Shown: positions 10,478 to 20,413 of the stretch, piece after piece | Numbering within the stretch: position 1 is the first letter of the stretch | How the letters are laid out: each line of letters begins with the position of its first letter | IMG/VR virus record: IMGVR_UViG_3300027969_003137 | Location: 1 to 64,000 of that record | DNA from: a virus | Length of the DNA stretch: 64,000 nt | Reading direction: 5' to 3' (one strand) | Notes under the pieces: model-generated | Told to the model about the DNA's origin: nothing | Database searches by the model: none | The model's input: the letters and a program-made list of their open reading frames with translations, nothing else | Position numbers and translations under genes: made by a program

Positions 10478-11162
10478 TATATTATGGATTCCGTTAGACC
10501 TCCCATTGCTGCCTAAAGAATTAACATTAGAAAAATTACAGGATCATTACACATTTGTTCCTAATATATGTGAGAAAGATCGAAGCGAGCTCGAAAGACA
10601 GAAAAAACATCATCTATATGCATGGAACAGTTTTCGCATACACGTACCATCTAAGGAACTAGCAAACCCCTACGAAGCACAAGTAGCTGATATTGATTGG
10701 CATTGGACTACTGAAGCACAGAATCTATGCCCTCAATTAATAGCCTATATCAAACAACATCTGCCATTTAAAAAATTTAAATATGTCACAGCTATCAGTT
10801 CAACTGGTGCTGTGCCATTACACCTAGATCTTACAGACAATCTTACTGAGGAAGAAAAGTTATTTTACAAAGATAACGATCCATGTTTTTATCGACTGTT
10901 ATTGGACGGCGAGATGCATAGAGATAGCTTTTATGTTTATACAAAATCTCTGGGCAAGATATATTGTACATTGCCCGACTCTAGCCCAGGATGGGCCATG
11001 GGCAGTTATAGTTGTGCCCACGGCAATGACGAAGCAGTGCCCAATCAAAAATTATTATTGTATGTTATGGGTGATCTAGATCTCGAAAAACATCAAGACT
11101 TAATCAACAGAAGCTGTAAGATTTACAAAGACTTTGCTGTGGTCAAGGAGTATGAGTTTTAA
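10470..11162 (+). CDS. Putative cupin oxygenase-like protein
   Basis: VPLHLD...CAHG. Confidence 0.45.
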   Translation: MNNILWIPLDLPLLPKELTLEKLQDHYTFVPNICEKDRSELERQKKHHLYAWNSFRIHVPSKELANPYEAQVADIDWHWTTEAQNLCPQLIAYIKQHLPFKKFKYVTAISSTGAVPLHLDLTDNLTEEEKLFYKDNDPCFYRLLLDGEMHRDSFYVYTKSLGKIYCTLPDSSPGWAMGSYSCAHGNDEAVPNQKLLLYVMGDLDLEKHQDLINRSCKIYKDFAVVKEYEF

Positions 11163-11949
11163 TCTGGGCAAGGCCTAATTTTTTCAACAATAGCACAGAA
11201 TAAAAACTTAAATCAATTTCCCAGGCGCTCATGGCAAATCTTGCTCGACCTGGGTAGCGATGATGTGTGTTGTGCCAACCTTCACCCCAAGTAAGTAGGG
11301 CAACAATAGGACTGTTTTGACTAGAATCTTTTGTATTGTGTCTACGATAATTAAACATTAGTATATCAGAATGTGAGAATTTATTGACAACATTGCTAGC
11401 AATAATAGTCAACAATGCAGGATAGAGAAATCCATAAAAGAAAAAGTCTACGCCTAAAAGACTCCAAGCAACAGCATATAGCGATAACACTAGAAAATAG
11501 TATCTATGTGTAAATCTATTGAAGGCACTGTCTGCATATCTACGTATTCCTCGGGTTCCAACTTTAGGATACTGGCCCATCAGTGTACTAGATATCTTCC
11601 ATGGCGGATGTGGATCTAGCTCAGTGTCTGAATGTAGGTGATGTGCTCTATGTGTCATAACCCAACTGATAACCGAACCTGTGCCGCCCATCATGGCCAT
11701 AAACTTACCGAATGTTTCTACCCAAGGATGAAATACTATAGATCTATGCGTTATAGCTCGATGCAGTGTAGCACTGACACCAAACCCAAATATTAGATAG
11801 TACATAATTACAGATAAACCTAGCATTGGCCAGCTGAAACTGATATAGAAAAAAGAAATTGCTGCTGCAACGAATGCTGCTATTGTAGCATATTGCAACA
11901 GATTTAGATTTTTAGCATTGAAAAAATTGAGAAGATGTCGTGTATTCAT
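11143..11949 (-). CDS. Membrane fatty-acid desaturase (delta-9-like)
   Basis: Three His boxes HRAITH, HRAHH, GEGWHNTHH plus TM helices; start set at ATG 11949 just after a minus-strand TAAATA. Confidence 0.88.
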   Translation of the reverse strand: MNTRHLLNFFNAKNLNLLQYATIAAFVAAAISFFYISFSWPMLGLSVIMYYLIFGFGVSATLHRAITHRSIVFHPWVETFGKFMAMMGGTGSVISWVMTHRAHHLHSDTELDPHPPWKISSTLMGQYPKVGTRGIRRYADSAFNRFTHRYYFLVLSLYAVAWSLLGVDFFFYGFLYPALLTIIASNVVNKFSHSDILMFNYRRHNTKDSSQNSPIVALLTWGEGWHNTHHRYPGRARFAMSAWEIDLSFYSVLLLKKLGLAQIKTHTP

Positions 11950-11994
11950 ATGGGTATTTATCAACAGGTAAAATGCATATGGATTAAATAGTCA

Positions 11995-12717
11995 ATGGAC
12001 GTTAACAATATACTTGCCGCTAGTCTAAATTTAGACTTTGATTATAATCAAATCAAGGAAGAAATACTTGCAACCAAACAATTCTGGAATCATTCGCCGC
12101 CGTATGATTTCAATATACAAGCTGCAAAACAAGGACGGATATTTGCTTCTGAATCTTTAGAGTGTTATGATCAAGTAGATTGTCAAACTAGTCAGCATCG
12201 GCACAATAACAAGAATTTAAGAGGTCAGCATATTTTCTATATGAGATACCATGCAGATAACAAAAAAAATGTCAATCGATTTGATGTCACAAAAAAATTA
12301 AATGTCGAAGACTGGCAATGGCGAAAAGAAATCATAGAAAAAACTCCCTATCTAAAGTCTTGTCTAGAAAGTTTGCCATACGAACACATTGGCTGTATAC
12401 GTGTATTCATTACTGAAAATACATTCTTTGCCACACATAGAGATTACGGGTGGGATGAGGAAAAATTAAGCAAGGATTACGATGCCTGTTTTGGTCTAAG
12501 TATTATACCAGATAACGGCGGTGTGCCTATGAAAATATATTCATTTGAAACCAACAAAGTGCATAACGTTTCAGGAAATGCTATGTTGTTTAATGATAGT
12601 GCCTGGCACGGCGTGGGCATGGTAGAGGGTATTAGAATTACTATTAGGGTGTTTGGCAAAATTGATTATCAAAAATTTTTACCTTTTATAAATCACAATA
12701 CAGTGATCTTGGCATAG
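11995..12717 (+). CDS. AspH-like/2OG-Fe(II) oxygenase
   Basis: THRD...MLFNDSAWHGV...RITIRVFG. Confidence 0.65.
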   Translation: MDVNNILAASLNLDFDYNQIKEEILATKQFWNHSPPYDFNIQAAKQGRIFASESLECYDQVDCQTSQHRHNNKNLRGQHIFYMRYHADNKKNVNRFDVTKKLNVEDWQWRKEIIEKTPYLKSCLESLPYEHIGCIRVFITENTFFATHRDYGWDEEKLSKDYDACFGLSIIPDNGGVPMKIYSFETNKVHNVSGNAMLFNDSAWHGVGMVEGIRITIRVFGKIDYQKFLPFINHNTVILA

Positions 12718-13256
12718 TATTTTGGTTTCAAGTGATGGTGTCTTACAATCTTTCGTTGTTTCCGTATAGTGGTGTTCATAAGATAAACCCAATGCAAATA
12801 GTATTGAGAAAAACACTCCGGTTCTATAACTTCATCTACATAGGTATCATAGCGTTCCCGCCATGTAAATATTGAATTTTTTTTCTTGAGTACATCAACA
12901 GTGTTTAGCATGTCATCGGTTAAGAAAGTGTAAAATCTATATATGCCTTTTTGTTCTCCAAATCGTATGGCATAGTCAACTACTTCCCCCACTCGATTTT
13001 TAAAAATAGAAATCCCTGTTCTCGAAACAATAAAATCTAAAACCTGAGTCTTTTGCTCTACAAGTTCTCGTATAAAACAAGCACTGAGTATTCTTCCACT
13101 ATCGTCAAATTTTGCAAACCCTCTATAATAATCGTCAGTGGCTATGTAATAGGGAACTACGGAGAATGTATCGGCCCTGTGATCCTCACTGGTCATTGCA
13201 GACTGAAAAAATTCTTCTAAGGATCTCAAATCAGATAACAAAATTTGTCGAATCAC
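12693..13256 (-). CDS. GNAT-like hypothetical protein
   Basis: VVDYAIRFGEQKGIYRFYT pattern; similar to 14169-14633. Confidence 0.4.
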   Translation of the reverse strand: MIRQILLSDLRSLEEFFQSAMTSEDHRADTFSVVPYYIATDDYYRGFAKFDDSGRILSACFIRELVEQKTQVLDFIVSRTGISIFKNRVGEVVDYAIRFGEQKGIYRFYTFLTDDMLNTVDVLKKKNSIFTWRERYDTYVDEVIEPECFSQYYLHWVYLMNTTIRKQRKIVRHHHLKPKYYAKITVL

Positions 13257-14185
13257 GATATCATCCTTATTAATTCATTATACTCATAGGCCTGTCCGCT
13301 GTGCCTATCATAGAATGTCTTGGCATTTAACTTTCTGTTTAGATTGTTTATTAGAGTTTTTGGAATATATTCGAACCCCCGATACTTGGGCCTATCTTCA
13401 AAATTGAATTCAGGAAAAGTTTTTTTATACAATGGTGCAGCAGTAGTTCTAATAGTGATCTTTCCGTATGGATCATTGTTAACTAACTTTGCAATCATAG
13501 GATCTAATAAAAATGCCAGTATGATTTCAGGGCTCCAATGATAGAAACTAGGACAAGCATCTATATTTTTTCTCATGCAATGAAAATAGTAGGCAGAAAG
13601 ATGCTCGTAATCTTTCCAGTACCATTTACTAGTTTCCGATAAAATAGGATTGTCTCTATGCAATACGACTCCCGGATGATCGCTAATAGGGAAATACATA
13701 TCTTTTATTTTATCTGTAATATCTGTAATTAACTGAAGCTCGATCAATCTGGCATTGTCTGCAACAGCATTGGGAATTGTACTAGCCCTAGAAAAGAATT
13801 CTATCGGGTCAACTTCAAACTGTTTAAGATCTAATTTATATCGATCACAGAATCTATAGACATATTCAGTCTCGTGTCGATTATAGTCGAGCCCATATTT
13901 AACGTGGGCCAGTGAAAAATTCTTTCCGGCCGCAATAAACGAAGCTGCAATAACTTCACTGTCGATACCTCCCGAATACATTACTAACGGAGTTTTATTA
14001 AGTTCGCAACATCTAGCTGATATCTCTTCTGCTGAAGTTATACAGGCTTCTCTAAATGAACTAGGTACCTTATTGACTTTGCCAAATTTAACAAAAAACT
14101 TATCATATAAAGTGCTTCGTGTTGTCCAAGGAACATCGTTATATCCTACGATCATGTGATTGTGTTTACTAAGTTCTATATTCAT
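13253..14185 (-). CDS. PP-loop (Asn-synthetase-like) protein, paralogue of 8076-9008
   Basis: MYSGGIDSE; shares SF(K/R)xxC, PEIxLA and RPKYxGxE motifs with 8076-9008. Confidence 0.6.
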   Translation of the reverse strand: MNIELSKHNHMIVGYNDVPWTTRSTLYDKFFVKFGKVNKVPSSFREACITSAEEISARCCELNKTPLVMYSGGIDSEVIAASFIAAGKNFSLAHVKYGLDYNRHETEYVYRFCDRYKLDLKQFEVDPIEFFSRASTIPNAVADNARLIELQLITDITDKIKDMYFPISDHPGVVLHRDNPILSETSKWYWKDYEHLSAYYFHCMRKNIDACPSFYHWSPEIILAFLLDPMIAKLVNNDPYGKITIRTTAAPLYKKTFPEFNFEDRPKYRGFEYIPKTLINNLNRKLNAKTFYDRHSGQAYEYNELIRMIS

Positions 14186-14633
14186 TTCTTAATATCCATA
14201 AAATCACTAACATAGGCTCGTCGTAGACTTTGTACTCTAACACATCGTGGTCTATATTTTCATAGCCGGTTAACGAATTTGGCAGTAGTTGATGTTCTAA
14301 ATACGGCTGATACTTTGTTAATATTTTTTTAAAATTTTCAAATTCTTTGTCTGTGTTTAGTGTAAAAATTTGATAGATTTTTTTTGACTCTAAGTGCTGA
14401 ATTGCATGATTTAACAATTCAGGTTGTACATTGGCTGAATGTATTCTTGATAACGACCAAGCAGGAATCTCTTCATTCTCAATTATCGAGATGCAGGATG
14501 TGCTGTTGCCAAAACAATAAAATCTTGGTTCGTGGTCATTTAAAAAATAATTAATGAATGAGCTTTCTACTGTTGAATCAAGATCTAAGAATTTTTTAAT
14601 TACAGAAATGTCAGCTTTGTTGAGTAATTTCAT
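14169..14633 (-). CDS. GNAT-like hypothetical protein
   Basis: ELLNHAIQHLESKKIYQIFT pattern. Confidence 0.35.
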   Translation of the reverse strand: MKLLNKADISVIKKFLDLDSTVESSFINYFLNDHEPRFYCFGNSTSCISIIENEEIPAWSLSRIHSANVQPELLNHAIQHLESKKIYQIFTLNTDKEFENFKKILTKYQPYLEHQLLPNSLTGYENIDHDVLEYKVYDEPMLVILWILRNEYRT

Positions 14634-14674
14634 ATCAGATATTTATTAGAATAAACTACGCATATAAATATATC

Positions 14675-15859
14675 ATGAGCTACATCCCCAATCCCGAGTT
14701 AGGCTATTATGTATGCAATGATATTGCGTTTACATCAAAGATAGAGGCATGTATACATTCTACTAAAAATAATAAACCAATCCAATGGTTCTTCAACGAC
14801 GAATTGTTTAGCCGCAATTACTGGTGGGTCGAACCTGAGGAAACTTTGGATCAGTTGTACAATAAAAGATCAAAATCTATAAGAGAAAAATACGACTACG
14901 TGGCATTGAGCTATAGCGGCGGAGCAGACAGTCATAATATACTAGAAAGCTTCTTGCGACAAAATCTGGTTATTGACGAAATATTGGTTAACGTTTTTGA
15001 AAAGGCCAATAAACTGTATAAGGATGATCCGTTAATCACAGATAATTGGAATTATGGGGCAGAATATGCTTTACAAATTTATCCTAGACTAAATGAAATA
15101 AAATCTAAATCTCCCAATACCAAAATTACAGTGATAGATATGAGCGATGCTGTATTTGATTCGTTGCGAAGCGCAGGTGATGCCAGTTGGATTTTAGACA
15201 AAAGAGAAACATTGAATGTAAGTGGCGCTACTCGATATAACTATGCTTGGTTCAAAGACATCAAGAAACAATTTGATAAAGACAAAAAAATAGTGTTGTT
15301 GGTAGGCGAGGGGAAGCCTATGACCTTTATTCGAGATGGAGAATTTTATATTACATTTTCTGATAAATCTGCCAACGTTATAACTGCCCAAGAGCATCTT
15401 GGGGATCATCCCAACACTCATGTAGAGTTATACTATTGGCATCCAGACTCTCTTCCAATTATGACCAAGCAGGCACATATTATTAGAAAATGGCTCACTG
15501 TACATCCTGCTATGATCGGCATATGGACTCCTAAAACTCGAGAAGAGTTTGATGCCAACAACGGAAAATACTATCAAAAATTGTTAAGAAACATAATCTA
15601 TACAACCTGGAATAACAGTTGGTTTCAAACTGACAAAAGTAAGTTAACGTGGTATGACGAAATCGATACGTGGTTCCATCAACTGTATCACGAAACTACA
15701 GAATATAAAATATGGCTAGAAGGAATAACCTATGTGGCCAATAATGCTGGTGATTATGTACATAGAGATCCTATTAGTAATCGAGCAGAAGGATTACGAG
15801 GATTTATAAAAACCTATCACATAGGAAAAATGCCCGAGACTAGTTATCTACGCACATGA
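14675..15859 (+). CDS. PP-loop ATPase-like protein
   Basis: LSYSGGADSHNIL; TATAAATA at 14663. Confidence 0.6.
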   Translation: MSYIPNPELGYYVCNDIAFTSKIEACIHSTKNNKPIQWFFNDELFSRNYWWVEPEETLDQLYNKRSKSIREKYDYVALSYSGGADSHNILESFLRQNLVIDEILVNVFEKANKLYKDDPLITDNWNYGAEYALQIYPRLNEIKSKSPNTKITVIDMSDAVFDSLRSAGDASWILDKRETLNVSGATRYNYAWFKDIKKQFDKDKKIVLLVGEGKPMTFIRDGEFYITFSDKSANVITAQEHLGDHPNTHVELYYWHPDSLPIMTKQAHIIRKWLTVHPAMIGIWTPKTREEFDANNGKYYQKLLRNIIYTTWNNSWFQTDKSKLTWYDEIDTWFHQLYHETTEYKIWLEGITYVANNAGDYVHRDPISNRAEGLRGFIKTYHIGKMPETSYLRT

Positions 15860-16337
15860 CAATGTGTATTCTATTTTCAGTACCGCCATTAGCAAAAGTA
15901 TGTTGTCTTCGAGTGTCGGCATAGTAGGCCTTGCCCGCTGGTAGTCTAAAACATAGGCTATTGTAAGGCCAAATCATCCAACATTGATCATTAGTGACTA
16001 TAGGAATATGTATTCTGGCTGTAGGATCAGCATGAATTGAATAACAGGCTCTAGGTGGCATTATCATTATTCTAGCTCTAAAGCCTTGATAATGATTAAT
16101 TACATTTTCTATTTCTGAACCGACAAGACTTTTATTTAAATATTGATATTTTTTTTCTTCTTGTACTTCTAACTCTTCAATAGAACCTACACCAACTTGC
16201 CATTCTTCAACTTCGGGATCAAGCCCGTGGAGTATGATCTGGTTTGACTTAGGAGAATGCTGTTCGATTAATGTCAATACCTCATCTCGAAGTTTTTCAA
16301 AATTTAAAAGTTGATCTACAGGGTATATTATTTTCAT
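15840..16337 (-). CDS. Aspartyl/asparaginyl beta-hydroxylase-like dioxygenase
   Basis: RIMIMPP...YSIHAD...RIHIPI...DTRRQHTFANGGTENRIHIV. Confidence 0.8.
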   Translation of the reverse strand: MKIIYPVDQLLNFEKLRDEVLTLIEQHSPKSNQIILHGLDPEVEEWQVGVGSIEELEVQEEKKYQYLNKSLVGSEIENVINHYQGFRARIMIMPPRACYSIHADPTARIHIPIVTNDQCWMIWPYNSLCFRLPAGKAYYADTRRQHTFANGGTENRIHIVMCVDN

Positions 16338-16347
16338 AATATCATAT

Positions 16348-17670
16348 TTATTTTACCCTGTGCCATTCTGCGTATAGTCTAGTAGAAAAACGCTTGCTGT
16401 CAGGAAAGACTTGGTCTGGATATTTGAGTCTTCTATCGTTCAACTCCTTGCTGGCATTGCGCTGTTCAAATCCAAAATCATGAGCCATCTCGTCTAGTTC
16501 TTCTAGGCTCCATGGATAAAAATCTATACCTTTACACATTTCATTTAGGTGATCTTTATGCCCGGGATTTACCCTCCAAAATATTCTTCCATTAGGAGTT
16601 AGACAAGCAACCACAGCAGCAATTTGTCTTTTAATATCTTCTTTGTTTCCAAAATTGATTGAGCCAAAACATGCAGCAGCATCGAACAGGCGATTGGGTT
16701 TGTATTCTTCGATAGTGGTTTTAATATCAGCAGTATCAAATGCAGGATCAATACCGACAACATTTTTTACCATCTGTTTAAAAGGATTGTATCCGCAGCC
16801 AACATCTAGCAACCATTCAGTATCTTTGATCTGTTTAGCCACTCGAACGTGTGCATCTTCGTGTCCTCTTCTATAACTAGGGGTCCAATTTTTTTCAAAG
16901 TATCTATTAAGAATATCTTGATCTAACTTTCTAGGCTTCTTTTGGAATACAAAGTATAGACGTTCATTAGCATCTTGTTTAAAATTTTCCAAATGAAGGC
17001 TGTACTTTTTAGAAAGCTCATAGGCTATCTCAAAACTCCAGGGGAATATGTCTACATACGGACCAGTGGGCCATTGAATTCCAGGGTTGGCTCTAAAATA
17101 GATCTTGCCTTCTGGTTTGAGAAGTTCAACTACTCGCTTGAATCTTTCTTCGACGTCTTCGAAACTGTTAAAGTTAATACTACCAAAGCAAATTATATGA
17201 TCAAAACTTTCGTTTTCTATGGTAAAATCTAATATGTCGACCATGTAATCGGCATTTTTATTGTAGGGGTCTATGCCTGTAATGTTGTGAATTTTATCTT
17301 TAAATGGATGATACCCGCAGCCTACATCTAGAACTGCTTGAGGATCGGAGCTAGCAATTTCTTCAGCAACTTGCCAACCACTGTAATTATAGCTGTCAAT
17401 AGTAGGTTCCCATATACTTCCAAAGAATTTGTTTAGATATTGTTTATCGAAGCGATTAACTGCTTGTTCGATAGTTCCGGAAAAATCTAAATTGGATAAG
17501 CCTAGTGTATCTATTACGCTAGCCTTAAATTTTTCGTATCTAACCGGAGTCCACGGTAATTGATCGATGTTGGTTGAAAATTTTAAATTTTCTTTTACCT
17601 GTTGATATTTTATAGGATTGAAGGCAATCTTTAATTGTTCAATTAATAAGTTATAAATTTTTTGGTTCAT
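16348..17670 (-). CDS. Tandem double class I SAM methyltransferase
   Basis: Two LDVGCGY...GIDP...CFGSINF...RxNPG units after an approximately 80-aa N-terminal domain. Confidence 0.8.
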   Translation of the reverse strand: MNQKIYNLLIEQLKIAFNPIKYQQVKENLKFSTNIDQLPWTPVRYEKFKASVIDTLGLSNLDFSGTIEQAVNRFDKQYLNKFFGSIWEPTIDSYNYSGWQVAEEIASSDPQAVLDVGCGYHPFKDKIHNITGIDPYNKNADYMVDILDFTIENESFDHIICFGSINFNSFEDVEERFKRVVELLKPEGKIYFRANPGIQWPTGPYVDIFPWSFEIAYELSKKYSLHLENFKQDANERLYFVFQKKPRKLDQDILNRYFEKNWTPSYRRGHEDAHVRVAKQIKDTEWLLDVGCGYNPFKQMVKNVVGIDPAFDTADIKTTIEEYKPNRLFDAAACFGSINFGNKEDIKRQIAAVVACLTPNGRIFWRVNPGHKDHLNEMCKGIDFYPWSLEELDEMAHDFGFEQRNASKELNDRRLKYPDQVFPDSKRFSTRLYAEWHRVK

Positions 17671-17743
17671 AGTGGTCTCTCAATATTTTTTAAAAATGTT
17701 ATAGGTATTTACTCAAGATAGCCTCACGACGGATTTTTTTTAA

Positions 17744-17772
17744 TTGACAATTTTTTTTCTTTCTAGTATAAT
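17744..17772 (+). promoter_or_regulatory. Sigma70-type promoter (plus TATAAATA at 17810) upstream of tctA
   Basis: Perfect TTGACA-17-TATAAT. Confidence 0.8.
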
Positions 17773-17844
17773 TTTTTTATCAGATTCGACAAATTTTTTA
17801 TCGGTCGTGTATAAATAAAACTGATTTTAAAATACAGGAAACTT

Positions 17845-19308
17845 ATGTTAGATATTTTTGCAAACTATTCTATTTGGGCAATACTGGGAACACTCTACGG
17901 ATTTCTATTCGGAGTCATTCCAGTAGCAGGCGCTACTACTGCTCTGCTGACTGTTTTTGGATTTATCGAAATTTTTAAAGCTGACCCATACAGCCTAGTA
18001 GTTTTTAGCATGGCATTGGTAGTTGCTGTTTGTACTGGAGATTTATTTTCCAGTGTGGTTATGAATGTACCAGGTGGCGGTGGCAGTGCGGCCACCATGG
18101 TGGACGGATACCCAATGGCTAGGAAAGGCGAAGCAGCTAGAGCAATGTCTGCTTCGTTAGGCAGCTCAACTGTACAAGGGTTGTTTTGGGGATTGGTTGC
18201 AATTGTGTTTTTACCGTTTTATGTTCCCTTGGTGCTGGCTTTTGGCACCCCGGAGATGTTTGTATTTGTCCTGCTAGCAATGGCCTGCGGCACCTTTATA
18301 TCAAATGAGTATTGGTTTAGAGGAATTATAGGCCTATGCTTTGGTATATGGGTGGGCTTGATCGGACTAGATCCGGTCACCAACGGTGAAAGATTCACAT
18401 TCGATTGGTACTATTTGGCCAACGGTATACAGTTTGCACCACTAATGGCCGGCGTACTTGCTCTTCCTGAACTATGGGAAGCACTAAGAACAAAAATTAC
18501 CTACATGGTGTCACCTAACAATAACTGGCAACAGATCAAACAGGGGCTGGGTGATGTTTGGAAAAATAAAAGAGACAGTTTTGAAGGTGGTGCAATTGGT
18601 GCGTTTGTTGGGTTCATCCCGGGCATGTCCAGTCAAATTGCTGAATGGATGACCTATGGTCGTGTGGTGGCAAGAAACAAAGACCAAGAAGTGGCGTTTG
18701 GGGAAGGAAATGTAAAAGGTGTGATTGCTCCGGAAGGCGCGAATCTTGCACACAAAGCAACTACCTATGTGCCAACAGTATTGTTTGGGGTTCCCGGAGC
18801 ACCATTTGAAGTGCTGATAATTGCCATGTTGTCAATTGTGGGGTTAGATCTAGGCAGTACCGCTTTACTTGGAAACCCTAAATTTTTCGATCTATTATCT
18901 TATGGGTACATGTTCGCCCTTGCCATGTCATTTGTTATAGGAATATTTTTTATCAGGTATGCAACATTGATAACTAGAATACCAGTCATCTACTGGATTA
19001 CTCCAGTTATGGTATTAATTGTGTGGAGTTGTGTACAATATACAGGTGGTTGGGAAGACTATGCAATCTTGGCAATTTGTACAGTGGTTGGGCTGGCGCT
19101 GAGATATCTAAAGATAAGTCGAATTAGTTTTATTCTAGGCGTTGCACTTTCGGCCAAGATTGAACTACTTGGATTGCAATTTTTTACCTTGTATGAATTT
19201 ACAGACTTGCTGACCCGTCCTATCAGCGTAGTGCTGCTGCTTTGTATAGTAGCAGTTGTTGTTAAGGGGCTGTTTTTTAATAGTGGTTCTAAAATCAAAT
19301 ATGTTTAA
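17845..19308 (+). CDS. tctA: Tripartite tricarboxylate transporter large membrane subunit (TctA family)
   Basis: About 12 TM segments; NVPG...AATMVDGYPMARKGEA, GVIAPEGAN and PTVLFGVPG signatures. Confidence 0.88.
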   Translation: MLDIFANYSIWAILGTLYGFLFGVIPVAGATTALLTVFGFIEIFKADPYSLVVFSMALVVAVCTGDLFSSVVMNVPGGGGSAATMVDGYPMARKGEAARAMSASLGSSTVQGLFWGLVAIVFLPFYVPLVLAFGTPEMFVFVLLAMACGTFISNEYWFRGIIGLCFGIWVGLIGLDPVTNGERFTFDWYYLANGIQFAPLMAGVLALPELWEALRTKITYMVSPNNNWQQIKQGLGDVWKNKRDSFEGGAIGAFVGFIPGMSSQIAEWMTYGRVVARNKDQEVAFGEGNVKGVIAPEGANLAHKATTYVPTVLFGVPGAPFEVLIIAMLSIVGLDLGSTALLGNPKFFDLLSYGYMFALAMSFVIGIFFIRYATLITRIPVIYWITPVMVLIVWSCVQYTGGWEDYAILAICTVVGLALRYLKISRISFILGVALSAKIELLGLQFFTLYEFTDLLTRPISVVLLLCIVAVVVKGLFFNSGSKIKYV

Positions 19309-19319
19309 AGGAGAAATAC

Positions 19320-20375
19320 ATGAAAAAGATTTTAATGGGTATGTTATTTGCCGTTGTGTCTGCTTCGGCAATGGCTGACATGCTTGCGGTTGTTCCTAGT
19401 CCTAAAGGTTGGCACACCATTGTGCTTCCAGAGTTAGCCAAGCATCTTGGCGAGCCGATTCGTATGGAAGTTATCGAAGGTGCTAAGGCTATTCCTGCAG
19501 GTGATAAGTGGCACGAAAAGTATAGATTTGATAATAATGCTATGTGGTTTTCACAAGGAGGCCAAGCAGAAGCATTTCTAATTGACAAGGTCAAATATAA
19601 TTATAACGACTATGAGCCTATTTTTGCTCATAATAATTCTATCATGATGGCCATTAGAAATGGATTTGATATCTATGGCAATGATAAAATAAAGTTTGGA
19701 TATTCAAACGGATCTAATCCAGATATCATGGCGTTGACCATGATGATCTGCGGAGATTTGCCTTCTATGCAGGCCTACAAAGAATGCTATGATAAAAGAG
19801 TTATCTATGTAAAGGGTATGTCTCAACCTGAAATTTACCTAGGATTTACTCGTGGTGAATTAAATGTTATGCGAAATCATCCTAATGAATGGATCACTAA
19901 TTTCGATGGCAAGGATATTGGTAAGGAATGGATGAGTGCTGGTATTACCAATCACAAAACTGGTAAATTAGAAGCAGACACAAACTTTCCAGTTGGTCAA
20001 CGCAGTTTCCCAGAGGCATATAAAGCCAAGTGGGGCAAAGAGCCTAAGGGTGAAATGTACGATGCTTGGTTGTTAGTTAAAGGTTATCGTGATGTTTTAC
20101 AAAAAGTTATCTGGGTTAACAAAAATAATCCAAACAAAGATCGATTAATTGCAGCCGCAAAGAAAATGATTGCTGACCCTGAAAGTCAAAAAATCATTGA
20201 CGAGCGTGTGGGCAAATATCCATGGTTGGTAGGCAATGAAGTCAATCAAGCATATGATCAATTAAATAAAGGGTTGACTAAAAAGAATCTAGAAAACCTA
20301 GTATGGTGGACACAGAATGCTGTTAAGATGGAAGCAACTATGAAACCAGAAATACTCAGCAAAGCTAAAAAGTAA
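19320..20375 (+). CDS. Divergent periplasmic substrate-binding protein (TctC/Bug-like)
   Basis: Sec signal peptide (ASAMA); VVPS, YEPI and RGELN motifs; directly follows tctA. Confidence 0.65.
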   Translation: MKKILMGMLFAVVSASAMADMLAVVPSPKGWHTIVLPELAKHLGEPIRMEVIEGAKAIPAGDKWHEKYRFDNNAMWFSQGGQAEAFLIDKVKYNYNDYEPIFAHNNSIMMAIRNGFDIYGNDKIKFGYSNGSNPDIMALTMMICGDLPSMQAYKECYDKRVIYVKGMSQPEIYLGFTRGELNVMRNHPNEWITNFDGKDIGKEWMSAGITNHKTGKLEADTNFPVGQRSFPEAYKAKWGKEPKGEMYDAWLLVKGYRDVLQKVIWVNKNNPNKDRLIAAAKKMIADPESQKIIDERVGKYPWLVGNEVNQAYDQLNKGLTKKNLENLVWWTQNAVKMEATMKPEILSKAKK

Positions 20376-20382
20376 TTTAACC

Positions 20383-20407
20383 GTGGGGGATTCGTCCCCC
20401 ACTCTTT
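20383..20407 (+). terminator. Stable hairpin / weak terminator
   Basis: GTGGGGGA-TTCG-TCCCCCAC then TCTTT. Confidence 0.7.
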
Positions 20408-20413
20408 GTATCT

